Below, piece after piece: positions 28,808 to 38,918 of a DNA stretch of 64,000 nt. Below the pieces are notes generated by a model, which had not been told where the DNA came from, ran no database searches, and saw nothing but the letters and a program-made list of their open reading frames with translations. The position numbers and the translations under genes are program-made. The number at the start of each line of letters is the position of its first letter. Position 1 is the stretch's first letter. The stretch is taken from the NCBI GenBank assembly GCA_965203175.1, contig OZ241867.1, positions 5,504,001 through 5,568,000 of the forward strand, given 5' to 3'. The stretch is from Candidatus Latescibacterota bacterium (GTDB lineage: Bacteria > Latescibacterota > UBA2968 > UBA8231).

Positions 28808-29668
28808 ATGACTGAAAACGCAGTAGAAGACGAGAACGGAAGCGAAGCGTACGACCCCGATCTCTACGTCCCGACCGGAGAAGCCGAACCAGTCAACGGT
28901 TTGGAGCATATCAGCGACTCTGAGATCGAGCGCTTCAAAGCGCAGGGCTTCCTCGCCGTGGAGGGAGCCTTTTCGGACGCGCAGATGGCCGATGCCATCA
29001 AAGCGGTGGAAGATCTGATCGACGGCAAGAATCAGGGATTCAGGGGCGTGCAGTTCGAACGCGGCGTCAGGGATCAACTGGCGGGCGCTTCGGATGGCAA
29101 GCGACAGACATTGGTGCGCAAGCTGCAGCAGTGGGTCGGCTTCGATGCCCGCCTGGATTCACTGGCCCGGGATGCGCGCTTGCTGGACGTGCTCGGGGGC
29201 ATGATGGGCGAACCAGCCAAGCTCTACCGCCACCAAGCCATGCAGAAACCGGCCCGCATCGGCCGCGAGAAACCCTGGCACCAGGACCACGCGTACTTCG
29301 ATCTGCCCATGGACACAGAGATCATCAGCGTGTGGATCGCCTTGCAAGAGGCCCATCGCGACAACGGCTGCATGCACGTGATTCCGGGCAGCCACCTCGA
29401 AGGGCCCGTGATCCACTTCAGCAGACGGGACTGGCAAATCTGCGATACTGACGTGGCCAGGGAGCGCATCGTCGCCGTGCCGCTCAGGCCCGGGGGCATT
29501 CTGTTCTGGCACGGTCGGCTGCACCACGGATCGCCTGCCAACCGATCGGATCAAGGCCGGCGATCCCTGCAACTCCACTTCATCCCCTCCAGCGTCAGCG
29601 AGGACGAGACCTCAAGAGAGGAACGCCTCGCCGTGTACGGCAGCGAAGGCAAGGACGCGACCTGCTGA
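28808..29668 (+). CDS. PhyH-family dioxygenase
   Basis: Motifs KPWHQD, WIAL.....NGCM.VIPGSH and LHHGS..N.S...RR.LQ. Confidence 0.9.
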   Translation: MTENAVEDENGSEAYDPDLYVPTGEAEPVNGLEHISDSEIERFKAQGFLAVEGAFSDAQMADAIKAVEDLIDGKNQGFRGVQFERGVRDQLAGASDGKRQTLVRKLQQWVGFDARLDSLARDARLLDVLGGMMGEPAKLYRHQAMQKPARIGREKPWHQDHAYFDLPMDTEIISVWIALQEAHRDNGCMHVIPGSHLEGPVIHFSRRDWQICDTDVARERIVAVPLRPGGILFWHGRLHHGSPANRSDQGRRSLQLHFIPSSVSEDETSREERLAVYGSEGKDATC

Positions 29669-29718
29669 AGATTATTCATCGACTTCAACTGATATTGCAG
29701 TCCGGCACCTTGACATGA

Positions 29719-29748
29719 CGGAAAAGAGTACAGCGGTCAATTCAACGT
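29719..29748 (+). repeat. Short hicB-derived remnant, imperfect direct repeat of 26369-26397
   Basis: cggaaaagagtacagcggtcaattcaacgt versus cggaaagaatacagcggtcaatttaacgt. Both encode KEYSGQFNV. Confidence 0.7.
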
Positions 29749-30635
29749 TCTTTCTGTCTTCGCCAGTGCTTTTGTCGCACCAGCGGCATCCAGCCAAACC
29801 GCTGGTAAAACCTTCCTGCGCCCGCTTTTTCATCATCTCGCGCAACAGACAGCACGACCCGGTCGCACTTAGCTAGCCGTAGCCATTCAACGGCGTGATG
29901 GACGACCCACGAACCAACTCCCTGATTGCGCATCGTTTCGCTCGTTTCGACCTCCGAGAGCTCAGCCCATCCTGCCAATGCAGGCAACTGGCCGCCTTCC
30001 GTGAGATCTGAAATACATTCGCAGTGCGCAATGTCGTTTCCATCTAACCGTGCGACAAATCGCGTGCCGAATTCCCCCACATCGCGATGGATCGTTATGC
30101 CTTTTACTGGCGGCTCACTAAGAGCAGCAATCTCATTCAGCGTGCCACCATAGACGGATTCGTCAATGTCTTCATTCGCGGAGTAGCCAAATTGTTCCAT
30201 TAGGCCGCTTATGTGCGGCCAGACATCCGGTATTCCCACGCAAGCAGGAACCGGCAAAGGCCCCGAAATCTGCTCGTCCACCACCTGCCAAGCGTTCATC
30301 TGTCGGCGGCATTCTGCCATAACTGCCGCGCCAGCTTCGCGCTCTTCGGGCCAGAACAAGATCCAATCAATGTCTCCAATCCCCTTACTGGGCGTGTCGT
30401 CGCCGTATCGGAGAAGATGTGCCGCCGCGCAAACGCGATTCCTGACTATGCCAACAATGGACTTTCTTTCGACAACCCAAGGATCCGTAATGTACTCCTG
30501 CGGCTCGCTCTGCAGGCGCTCCCAAAAGTAATCAGCAGTCAAGCTCCACCCAGGTATCACGGTACTGAGATGACTGTTGACGAGCGCCAAGACCTGGGGA
30601 AGATGAGAGCGATCTAGTGGTGCTATTTGTACCAT
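29742..30635 (-). CDS. GNAT-family acetyltransferase (tandem GNAT)
   Basis: Motif A (RNQGVGS) and A.RFYQRFG. Confidence 0.8.
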   Translation of the reverse strand: MVQIAPLDRSHLPQVLALVNSHLSTVIPGWSLTADYFWERLQSEPQEYITDPWVVERKSIVGIVRNRVCAAAHLLRYGDDTPSKGIGDIDWILFWPEEREAGAAVMAECRRQMNAWQVVDEQISGPLPVPACVGIPDVWPHISGLMEQFGYSANEDIDESVYGGTLNEIAALSEPPVKGITIHRDVGEFGTRFVARLDGNDIAHCECISDLTEGGQLPALAGWAELSEVETSETMRNQGVGSWVVHHAVEWLRLAKCDRVVLSVARDDEKAGAGRFYQRFGWMPLVRQKHWRRQKER

Positions 30636-30674
30636 ATTTGGCTCCTCGGATAGATTGGTAGCTTCCCGTAGTTG

Positions 30675-31247
30675 CTAACCTTCGCCGTCCTCAAAATCCC
30701 GGTACGCGCGGCTAGCCGTGGGCACAGTCTGTCCCTGATATTTGCTGCCCAGCCCCGGCGAGCCGTAGGGATTGTCCGCTGGCGTCGATAGCTGCAGGAA
30801 CGAGAGCTGCCCGATCTTCATGCCCTGATACAGCGTGATGGGCAGATTCGCCACATTGCTCAGTTCCAGCGTCAGGTGTCCCTTCCAGCCGGGGTCCACA
30901 TACCCCGCAGTCGAGTGAATCAGCAGCCCGATGCGCCCCAGCGAACTCTTGCCTTCAAGCCGAGCCACCAAGTCGTCCGGTAGCTCTATCGTCTCAAGGG
31001 TGCTGCCCAGCACGAACTCGCCCGGATGCAGCATAAACGGCCGATCGCCAATCTCCTCCATCTCAGTTAGGTCGCTCAAGTCCTCGCGCACGTCGATGAA
31101 TGGGCGGCGCGAATTGCGGAACACGAGAATGTGCTTGTCGAGATGAACATCAACGCTGGCGGGCTGAATGCATCCCTCCCCCAGCGGCTCGACGACGATC
31201 TTGCCTTCTGCCAGTAGCGTCTTGATTACGCGGTCACTGAGAACCAT
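30675..31247 (-). CDS. dcd: dCTP deaminase
   Basis: Motifs [36 protein letters not shown] and KYQGQ. GGAGG RBS. Confidence 0.95.
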   Translation of the reverse strand: MVLSDRVIKTLLAEGKIVVEPLGEGCIQPASVDVHLDKHILVFRNSRRPFIDVREDLSDLTEMEEIGDRPFMLHPGEFVLGSTLETIELPDDLVARLEGKSSLGRIGLLIHSTAGYVDPGWKGHLTLELSNVANLPITLYQGMKIGQLSFLQLSTPADNPYGSPGLGSKYQGQTVPTASRAYRDFEDGEG

Positions 31248-31395
31248 TTTTCCTCCAGACTTTTTATCGTTCACAACCCGATTTTAGCAACATAAGAGAT
31301 TTGCACCATCTTAAATAAGCGGTCGCCTCATTCTTCGCAAAACTGACGACGAGCGAAAACGCCAACCACCATTCCAACGCAGAAAGACTAACATC

Positions 31396-32352
31396 ATGGC
31401 TTTCAAATACAGCTTGCAGTGCGACACGCTTCCGTGGGTCGGCTACAACCTCCTCGAAGAACCCGATGTAGTAATACAAGCCGCCGCAGAAGCCGGGTAC
31501 ACCGGCATCGATCTGCCGGGTAACCCCGAGAAGATGGATGGCCGCGAATGGCGTCGTCGGGTGGAAGACGCCGGCCTCGTCGTCCCGGAAGTCCTCGCGG
31601 CTTGGGGATACTACCACGCCGGCGAGGAGCGCAACCTCGCCAGTTCCGACCCAGAGAAAAGGGCACGCGCCGTGCACTACGCCAAGGACACCGTCAATTT
31701 GGCGGCCGACGCTGGGGCCAGCTTCACGGAACTGTGCGCGGCCCAGCCAGCGGTTCCCCAGTTGCCGTTTCCCCTGGAGCCGGTGGAGACCCTGCGCAAC
31801 AACTTCCGGCAGTCAATCCGGGAAATCTGCGAACACGCGGCAAGCCGCGACATCACCATCCTGCTGGAACCGCTAAACACGTATGAGGGCCTCCCCGGCG
31901 TGCTGACGACGATCTACGAGGCGGTCAACTACGTCGATGAACTCGGGCTCGACAATCTAGGCGTGCAGCCGGACGTGTATCACATGAACATCGAAGAAGG
32001 CTCGATCCCGGATGCGCTGCGCTACGCTGGGTCGCGGATCAAACACTTCCACCTCAACGAAACCAACCACTGCCAACACGGGACTGGCCACGCCGACTAC
32101 CAAGAGATCTTCAGAATCCTAAAAGGAATCGGCTACGACGGGTACCTCTGCACGTACATGCCCAAGACCACGCAGGCGATCTTGCAGAGTGCGCCTGGCA
32201 ATCCCTACGTACCTGAAGGCGTCGCCACCAGCGCTGGAACGCGGCCCAATCTGGTCGTCCTCCTCAAGGGCCTGCTCTCCTTTCTGCAGGAGACGGAGAG
32301 AACCGTCGATCAGTCGCGCGAGTTCTACGAGGCCGACGGCTGGCGGAGTTGA
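31396..32352 (+). CDS. Sugar-phosphate isomerase/epimerase (xylose-isomerase-like TIM barrel)
   Basis: Motifs LEPLN.YE, D.YHMNIEE, HFHL.E.N...G.GH and GYDG. Confidence 0.85.
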   Translation: MAFKYSLQCDTLPWVGYNLLEEPDVVIQAAAEAGYTGIDLPGNPEKMDGREWRRRVEDAGLVVPEVLAAWGYYHAGEERNLASSDPEKRARAVHYAKDTVNLAADAGASFTELCAAQPAVPQLPFPLEPVETLRNNFRQSIREICEHAASRDITILLEPLNTYEGLPGVLTTIYEAVNYVDELGLDNLGVQPDVYHMNIEEGSIPDALRYAGSRIKHFHLNETNHCQHGTGHADYQEIFRILKGIGYDGYLCTYMPKTTQAILQSAPGNPYVPEGVATSAGTRPNLVVLLKGLLSFLQETERTVDQSREFYEADGWRS

Positions 32353-32398
32353 CGGTAACAAATGTAAATTCGCTACGACTCCCGAAAGGAGAAAACAA

Positions 32399-33688
32399 AT
32401 GACCAATAATTGGCTCACAGGAATTTATCTGACCACGGATGAGGTCCTCAAATACCCCGATTACGTCGAGCGGCTGCGCGATGAGATCGGTCTGAATACG
32501 GTGGTTCTGTCCTTTACCGGCCAGCTATCAGAGGAGGTGCTCGCCCTCAGTCCCTATGGAGGACGCACGCCGACAGAAGAGGAACTGGGCGAACTCGTCA
32601 TACGGCATTTCGATGGTCGGCCCATCGACCCGAGGGAATACCCGCAAGCCCAGGCCCTGTGCGGTCCCGGCGTTGCAGCCCAGGGTGACGACGAAGCGTT
32701 CAGAAGAGCTGTGGGACAGCTAAAGGAGGCCGGCCTGAACGTGTGGACGTACGGAGGAGCTTGGACGATCCGCCGCCTCATGTTCTGTCCAGCGCGACAG
32801 GATGTGCAAGACTGGATCGAGGCCGTGTGCGTGTACTGGGTGACTCAGTACGATCTCGACGCGCTCGACATCACTCACTTCCGCTATCCCATGGGCAGTT
32901 TTCCCCTAGGGCTTTTTGGCAGCACCTGTTCTTCTTGCACAGCCGCTGCCCAAGAGCTCGGTTACGACATGGAAGCGATGGTCGAGGACTTGCAGCGCGC
33001 CCGCGAAGGCCTGCGCCAGCTCGATGGTGCCCGCCTCGGCGAGGTAGTCCGTCTCGGGATTGGTTTCTTCGATGTGGTCCACGCACTCGGTCTGGGGTCG
33101 GGGGTACTCGACTGGGTCCGCTTCCGCTGTGATCTGGTCGTCCGCAATCTGGCGCGCTTTCGGGCGGCAGTGCACGCGGCGGCCCCTAACAAGGCCTTTG
33201 GCACCGACACCTACCCTGCCTCCATGGCCCTGACGGCGGGCCACGATTACCGGCGCTGGGGTGAGATGGCCGATTTTGCCAGCCCGCTGGTGTCCCACAT
33301 TTCCGCCTTTGTCTGCAACACGTTCATCGAGTGGGCCCGCTTTCTGCAAGAGGAAATTCCCAACCTGCGGGAAGAGGATGCCCTGCAACTCGTCTATCGA
33401 TTTACGGGATACGACGGCATGGGGTTGCCAGAGACCATTGCCGCATACGGCGCTGACGAGCCGGCGACGCTGGCCTATCGGATCCCCACGGCCGACTTGG
33501 TTTTGCGGGATCTGGTAAAGGCAAAACTGTACCTACCAGAGGACATGCCTTCCTATCCGATTATCCACGGAGAGGGTTGGCCACCAGAGGCAATCGACCG
33601 CATCGTCAGCGAAGCGCGGCGGCTGGGGCACAATGGTATCGTATGGCAGGGCACTGCCGAACTGATGGAGTACGACTTCAAGCGCTGA
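32399..33688 (+). CDS. Hypothetical protein, possible GH-like TIM barrel
   Basis: Long ORF with AAGGAG RBS. Patterns FCP....V, Y.LD..D....RY and C..C resemble GHL10-type proteins. Confidence 0.5.
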   Translation: MTNNWLTGIYLTTDEVLKYPDYVERLRDEIGLNTVVLSFTGQLSEEVLALSPYGGRTPTEEELGELVIRHFDGRPIDPREYPQAQALCGPGVAAQGDDEAFRRAVGQLKEAGLNVWTYGGAWTIRRLMFCPARQDVQDWIEAVCVYWVTQYDLDALDITHFRYPMGSFPLGLFGSTCSSCTAAAQELGYDMEAMVEDLQRAREGLRQLDGARLGEVVRLGIGFFDVVHALGLGSGVLDWVRFRCDLVVRNLARFRAAVHAAAPNKAFGTDTYPASMALTAGHDYRRWGEMADFASPLVSHISAFVCNTFIEWARFLQEEIPNLREEDALQLVYRFTGYDGMGLPETIAAYGADEPATLAYRIPTADLVLRDLVKAKLYLPEDMPSYPIIHGEGWPPEAIDRIVSEARRLGHNGIVWQGTAELMEYDFKR

Positions 33689-33823
33689 GAAGGTACGTCA
33701 AATCATCAGCCTGCATTTGTGCAAGGCCCAGACCGTCGAAAAACTGGTGTAGTTGAAGTAAGCCAGCGCCTTGGTCAGCGCCTGTCGAGAGAGATAGAAT
33801 TTAAAAAACAAGGAGCAGTAGCC

Positions 33824-34570
33824 ATGTGGGAAATAATTCAAAGTGGCGGACCAATGATGGTGCCCCTCATCGCCTGTGCGATTCTAGCCCTTGCCTATTC
33901 GATTGAACGCCTGTGGATCTTCAGTCAATTGCCCACCTCGGAAGAAGCCCAAACTGAGCTCGATCGGCTCGAAACCGCGCTGCGCAACCGCGGCGAACAA
34001 GCCGTCGTCGAAGAGTGCAACCAAGGCAAGGGGCTGCTCAATTACGTCTTTGCTTCGCTGTTGAAACGATACGATACGCTGATGATCGAACAGCGGGAAT
34101 TCAAAGACACCAACGAGGAGATCATCCGGCTAGCCGACGCCGGCGGCGGCGGGCAGGTCAGCCGGTTTATGGTCATGCAGCGGGAACTGGCCGATCTCAA
34201 AGACGAACTGGTCATTCAGACCGAGGCTGCCGCCCGAACCTATTTGGGCAAGAATCTGGCGATCCTGAATACCATCGGCAACATAAGCCCCTTGCTGGGC
34301 TTGCTCGGCACCATTATGGGGATGATCATCGCCTTTGAGTCCATCGCCACCGCCGGGGCCGGCGACCCCAAAGTCGTCGCGGGCGGTATTTCCCAAGCTT
34401 TGGTCACCACCGCATCGGGGCTGATCGTGGCCATCCCAACGATTGTCTTGTATCGCTATCTAGCGCGCAAAGCAGACAATCTACTCGAAGACGCTGAGAT
34501 GTACGGCCATGCCTTTGCCAATGCGCTGATCACGACCGGACAGCGCCAACAATACGAAACGACCGAGTAG
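33824..34570 (+). CDS. exbB: MotA/TolQ/ExbB proton channel
   Basis: Motifs GG..M.PL, SPLLGLLGT..GMI.AF and VAGGISQALVTTA.GL.VAIP. Confidence 0.9.
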   Translation: MWEIIQSGGPMMVPLIACAILALAYSIERLWIFSQLPTSEEAQTELDRLETALRNRGEQAVVEECNQGKGLLNYVFASLLKRYDTLMIEQREFKDTNEEIIRLADAGGGGQVSRFMVMQRELADLKDELVIQTEAAARTYLGKNLAILNTIGNISPLLGLLGTIMGMIIAFESIATAGAGDPKVVAGGISQALVTTASGLIVAIPTIVLYRYLARKADNLLEDAEMYGHAFANALITTGQRQQYETTE

Positions 34571-34594
34571 CTCCCGCCGGGAGGAGTCAACCTG

Positions 34595-35011
34595 ATGGCT
34601 AGACATCGCAAAGATCGTCCCGAGAGCTTTCTGGCCGAAGGCGGTCCGGATATGACGCCTTTGATCGACTGCGTGTTTTTGCTGCTGATTTTTTTCATGG
34701 TCACCACGGTGTTTCTCCACACCAAAGGGCTAGAAGTGGACATGCCAGCCCAAAGCGAGGCTACGGAAGAAAAAAAGAAAGATATCAACGTCTTGGTCGA
34801 TCGCGACGGCCAGATTCAGATCAAGGGCGAGGCCGTGCAGCCGACGGCCTTGGCGGCACGGCTGGTCACGGCCATGGACGAGGCCAATAACGACAATATC
34901 ATCATTCAGGCCGACGGCGAGTGCGCTCAGAAACACGTCGTGTTTGTGGTGGATAGAGCCAAGGAGGTTGGGGTTGAGGGCATCGCTTTTGTGCGGGAAC
35001 GGGAGGAGTGA
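34595..35011 (+). CDS. exbD: ExbD/TolR protein 1
   Basis: Motif MTPLIDCVFLLLIFFMV and I.AD. Confidence 0.9.
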   Translation: MARHRKDRPESFLAEGGPDMTPLIDCVFLLLIFFMVTTVFLHTKGLEVDMPAQSEATEEKKKDINVLVDRDGQIQIKGEAVQPTALAARLVTAMDEANNDNIIIQADGECAQKHVVFVVDRAKEVGVEGIAFVREREE

Positions 35012-35427
35012 GTCGGATGCCTAGGCGCAAATCCCTATACGAAGAGCAAGAATTGAACATGACGCCTTTGATCGACTGCGTGTTTTTGCTGCTGATCTTC
35101 TTCATGGTAACCACGGTATTCAAGCAGCCCTACAGTCTGCAGGTCGTATTGCCCGAAGCGCAACAGGGCGTGATCGTCGAAGAGAAGAAACTAGTCGCCT
35201 CGATCACCCAGGACGGCCGCATGGAAATCAACCGCCATCTGGTGACCTTGGACAATTTGGAGCAGGTTCTGTTGCGGGAAAAAGAAGGCACCCGAAGTCT
35301 GACGCTGGTGGTGCGAACCGATCAGGAGACCCCGCATAAGTACCTACTGGATCTCTTCGAGGTGGCTAAGCGCGTGGGAATTGAAAAAATACCCCTGGCT
35401 ACCGAGGACTTGCGCGAACAGCCGTGA
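35008..35427 (+). CDS. exbD: ExbD/TolR protein 2
   Basis: Motif LNMTPLIDCVFLLLIFFMV. GTGA overlap with the exbD1 stop. Confidence 0.9.
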   Translation: MSRMPRRKSLYEEQELNMTPLIDCVFLLLIFFMVTTVFKQPYSLQVVLPEAQQGVIVEEKKLVASITQDGRMEINRHLVTLDNLEQVLLREKEGTRSLTLVVRTDQETPHKYLLDLFEVAKRVGIEKIPLATEDLREQP

Positions 35428-35460
35428 GGTAGTTTTATACGGCCTAACAGGCTGCCACAA

Positions 35461-35513
35461 AAACCCGCCGGCACCATGCGCGCCATGCCATGCGTCGGCG
35501 GGTTTGGCTTTTG
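35461..35513 (+). terminator. Possible terminator hairpin after exbBDD
   Basis: AAACCCGCCG (35461-35470) pairs with CGGCGGGTTT (35496-35505), followed by GGCTTTTG. The loop is long (25 nt). Confidence 0.4.
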
Positions 35514-35538
35514 TAGAACTAACGTTAGGAGGACAACC

Positions 35539-36468
35539 ATGCTCATAGCCACCAACAATCAGGTCTTCACTTTGGAGAATGGCACGCCCACGCAACGCTT
35601 GGCCATCGACGGCATCCGCTGCCTAGACGAGGGCGTCCGCTGTTCCGCCATTGGTCTAGCCGATGGTCAAGTGATCGTCTTAGCCAATGGCCAAGCCCAA
35701 CCGCAGACCACTGGCATCGGCGATCCAGTGGAGAGCATCACTCTGCTGTCCGAAGAGCCGCTGCAAGTGCTGCTGGGCACCGAGCCGCCCCACGTGTACA
35801 GTCTCGACGGCGACGAGCCAGCGCGCCGGGTAGAATCCTTTGACGCTTTGGAATGCCGCCAAAGCTGGTACACGCCTTGGGGTGGGCCGCCAGCCGTGCG
35901 CAGTTTGGCGCACAGTGGCGACTGGGTTTTTGCCGATATCCACGTCGGCAGCATCATGCGCTCGCCCGACCGAGGCGCTACTTGGGAGCCAGTGACCCCG
36001 GACTTGCACGCCGATGTGCATCAAGTAGCGACCGCCCCTATGGAGGGACGCTTGTACGCCAACACCGCAGACGCGGTCTTTGCCAGCGACGACTACGGCG
36101 GCTCTTGGGAGCATCGGAAGGAGGGCTTGGCAAACCGCTATGGCCGCGCCGTGGCCGTCCACCCGCGCGATCCCGACTGCCTGCTGGCCAGCGTCAGCAA
36201 AGGACCTGGTCATGGCAGAGATGTGGAGGGCAAGCTCTACTTTTCGCACGACGCGGGCCGCACTTGGACCCAAGCGCTTGCCGGCTTCCCCGAGGCCAAG
36301 GGCAATATCGACACCTTCCACATCGCCTTTGACGCCGAGGGGATTGCTTGGGCCGCTGTCGAGGATCAGCTCTACCGCAGTGAGGATAGAGGCGAGAGTT
36401 GGTCTGCGTTTTGGCGCGCGCCCGCTGCTATTGTCGCCGTGGCCTGCGCCCGCTCGAACGGGGTCTAA
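35539..36468 (+). CDS. BNR/Asp-box beta-propeller protein
   Basis: Four S.D.G.(T/S)W repeats and DVH. AGGAGG RBS. Confidence 0.75.
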   Translation: MLIATNNQVFTLENGTPTQRLAIDGIRCLDEGVRCSAIGLADGQVIVLANGQAQPQTTGIGDPVESITLLSEEPLQVLLGTEPPHVYSLDGDEPARRVESFDALECRQSWYTPWGGPPAVRSLAHSGDWVFADIHVGSIMRSPDRGATWEPVTPDLHADVHQVATAPMEGRLYANTADAVFASDDYGGSWEHRKEGLANRYGRAVAVHPRDPDCLLASVSKGPGHGRDVEGKLYFSHDAGRTWTQALAGFPEAKGNIDTFHIAFDAEGIAWAAVEDQLYRSEDRGESWSAFWRAPAAIVAVACARSNGV

Positions 36469-36471
36469 GCG

Positions 36472-37842
36472 TTGCAACTCCTTCTGACGCTATTAATCCT
36501 AGCCAGTTGTTCCACCACCGGGAACATGCGGTCGCACTGGCCTGAATACCCCATAAATCCATTCGTCATCCGATTGGACATTCCCGGCCCTGAGAATTCT
36601 GCCGGCGGCCTCATTGTCGCCGATCTAAATGGCGATGGACGCATGGATTATTTGGTCACCGTTCCCAATCATCTCACAGCTCATGCCCACGATGGCCGCA
36701 AACTCTGGGTACTCGAAACCGACCTCTGGATAGGCGGCTCCTCAGAGCGCATCGGCCTGCCCGGGCATCACGGGCCAGGTGTTCAGGCTGCAGACATCGA
36801 TGGCGATAAACGAGTCGAAGTCCTGTTCCTTACTCAAGATGGCACGCTCCACGTGGTCGATGGCACCACGGGGAGCAAGCAGTGGACCGCAAAGCCGCCC
36901 ATCCCCAAAGGCACCCAACGCTGGGAGCATCTGGTCATCGCCAATTTCCGTGGCGCGGGTGATCGAGATCTACTCCTCCAAACCACCAATGCCGAGGGCT
37001 ACCGCATGGGTCGCTTTCTAGCAGCCTATGCGCTAGACGATCTCCGTCGCGGCCATTTTGTCCCCCTGTGGGAACGCGACGATTTCGTCTCCTGCGCCCA
37101 CAACGGCGCGCGGCTGGCGGATCTAAATAGAGATGGACAAGACGAGGTAATCGGCGCTACGGTCGTCTCTGCCGATGGCGAAATTCTACTACAAATTCCC
37201 CTGCGCGGTCACATCGACTCGATCTTCATCTACGATGTGCTACCCAATATACCGGGCCTAGAAATCGTCGCCTTAGAAGAAGGCGGCGGCAATCGCGTTT
37301 TCCTCTACAACCACGAACAACTCTTCTGGGAAACGCACTTCCGCCATCAAGAACCCCAGAATGCAGCAGTCGGCGAGTTCGACCTAGAGCGGCCGGGCCT
37401 AGAGATATGGTGTCGGAGCCGCTATAACGAGCATCAGAAACCTTTCATTTTTGACGCACAGGGTGAGAGGATCGCGGATTACCAGATGGACGATGTAGCG
37501 CCCGAGGGCTGGACCGTAAGAGGCGTCGAGGTCATCCACAAAATCGATTGGACGGGCGACCGCAAACAACTCGCCGCAGCCAAAGAGCGCCATACCTCCG
37601 GCGATATTGGCATCTTCGATCCGCTTAGTGGACAGTTTCTCCACCGCTTCGAGGAAAAAGCCGACCGGCTCTACGTCGCCGATGTGGCCGGAGATTGGCG
37701 CGAAGAGCTGATCGTCTTGCACGGCAACCAACTCCACATCCACTTCAATGAGTCCAAGAATCCGGGGTCTGACCATCCCCGCCTGTGGTCGCAAGACCAC
37801 TACCGCCGCAGTAAGATGACTTGGAACTACTACAGTCCATAA
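36472..37842 (+). CDS. FG-GAP-repeat beta-propeller, possible lipoprotein (PL11 lyase-like fold)
   Basis: Lipobox-like LASC, repeats ADLNGDG, ADIDGD and ADLNRDG, and ADVAGDWREELIV. Confidence 0.65.
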   Translation: MQLLLTLLILASCSTTGNMRSHWPEYPINPFVIRLDIPGPENSAGGLIVADLNGDGRMDYLVTVPNHLTAHAHDGRKLWVLETDLWIGGSSERIGLPGHHGPGVQAADIDGDKRVEVLFLTQDGTLHVVDGTTGSKQWTAKPPIPKGTQRWEHLVIANFRGAGDRDLLLQTTNAEGYRMGRFLAAYALDDLRRGHFVPLWERDDFVSCAHNGARLADLNRDGQDEVIGATVVSADGEILLQIPLRGHIDSIFIYDVLPNIPGLEIVALEEGGGNRVFLYNHEQLFWETHFRHQEPQNAAVGEFDLERPGLEIWCRSRYNEHQKPFIFDAQGERIADYQMDDVAPEGWTVRGVEVIHKIDWTGDRKQLAAAKERHTSGDIGIFDPLSGQFLHRFEEKADRLYVADVAGDWREELIVLHGNQLHIHFNESKNPGSDHPRLWSQDHYRRSKMTWNYYSP

Positions 37843-37854
37843 AACCAGGCAACC

Positions 37855-38868
37855 ATGTCCATTCTGCCGGGAAAAATCAGTGATTTTCTCAAGATCGCGG
37901 TCGGTGCCGCCGGGCGCGGCGACCTCCAAACGGTCCAGGCCGTATTGGCGCAGAAGCCAGCGTGGATCAGCCGCATTGGTTCGCACGGCCGCACCATGTT
38001 GTGGGAAGCTGCGTACCGGGGACGGCTCGCCATGGTCGATTACCTGCTCGATCAAGGCGCTGACATCCACGCCTGCGGCTGTCACTTCACGCCGCTGCTA
38101 GTCGAAATCTCCCCCTACTGCGCCGCGCGCTACAAGCACCACCACGCGGTCGCCGACCGCCTGCTAACACGCGGTGCAGCAACCGACATCTACACCGCTG
38201 CCTTCCTCGGCGATAGCGATGCAGTCGCCGACTATCTCGACCGCGAACCGGAGCTGGCAACAGCCGAGAAAGCCCAGCACGATTCCAGCCAGCGCATGAC
38301 AGTCTTGCACTACGCCGTCAGTGCCGGGCACCTCGCCATCGTCGCGATGCTGTTGGCGCGGGGTGCCGATCCGCAGCCGTACAGTGGCGGGCTGATTCGC
38401 TTTGCCGTGTGGCGGGATCGCGCCGACATCCTCAAGGCCCTGCTCGACGCCGGGGCCGACCCCACTCACGCCGAGGCCCCTCGTTCCGGCATCGTCAATG
38501 CCGATATCATCGAACTGTTGACCGCTCGCGGCGTCGCCATGGATGTGGACCACGCCGAAGGAGGCTGGCCGCCCCTCGTCTTCCAGTCGCGCGGCGACCG
38601 CGGCGGCAGTGTCCAGCGCGTGCGCGCCCTGCTCGACGCCGGGGCCGATGTCAACGTCAGGAACTACAAGGGCCAGACGGCATTGCACTGCGCCGCCAAA
38701 GCGGGATTCGACCAAATCGTCGCCCTGCTGCTCGACCGTGGGGCCGAGGTAAACGCCAAAGACGACAAGGGTGTAACGCCGCTGGCGACTGCGTTGCGTT
38801 CAAAAATCAAAGACAAGAATCGGCTCGCGGCTGTCATCGGCCTGCTCACCGACGCTGGTGGCGTTTGA
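37855..38868 (+). CDS. Ankyrin-repeat protein
   Basis: Repeated G.T.LH.A...G....V..LL..GAD.N motifs. Confidence 0.9.
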   Translation: MSILPGKISDFLKIAVGAAGRGDLQTVQAVLAQKPAWISRIGSHGRTMLWEAAYRGRLAMVDYLLDQGADIHACGCHFTPLLVEISPYCAARYKHHHAVADRLLTRGAATDIYTAAFLGDSDAVADYLDREPELATAEKAQHDSSQRMTVLHYAVSAGHLAIVAMLLARGADPQPYSGGLIRFAVWRDRADILKALLDAGADPTHAEAPRSGIVNADIIELLTARGVAMDVDHAEGGWPPLVFQSRGDRGGSVQRVRALLDAGADVNVRNYKGQTALHCAAKAGFDQIVALLLDRGAEVNAKDDKGVTPLATALRSKIKDKNRLAAVIGLLTDAGGV

Positions 38869-38869
38869 G
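38849..38869 (+). repeat. 21-bp direct repeat, left copy (3' end of ankyrin gene)
   Basis: CCGACGCTGGTGGCGTTTGAG, identical to 40170-40190. Confidence 0.95.
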
Positions 38870-38918
38870 TCCAGCTAAGAGAACATAGATAGCCTGCACC
38901 ATTACTGACGCTCATTCC

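Noticed and set aside
30675-31247. dCTP deaminase as an anti-phage nucleotide-depletion system
   Set aside because: It is the housekeeping trimeric dUTPase-fold Dcd, not the kinase-fused zinc deaminase used in defence.
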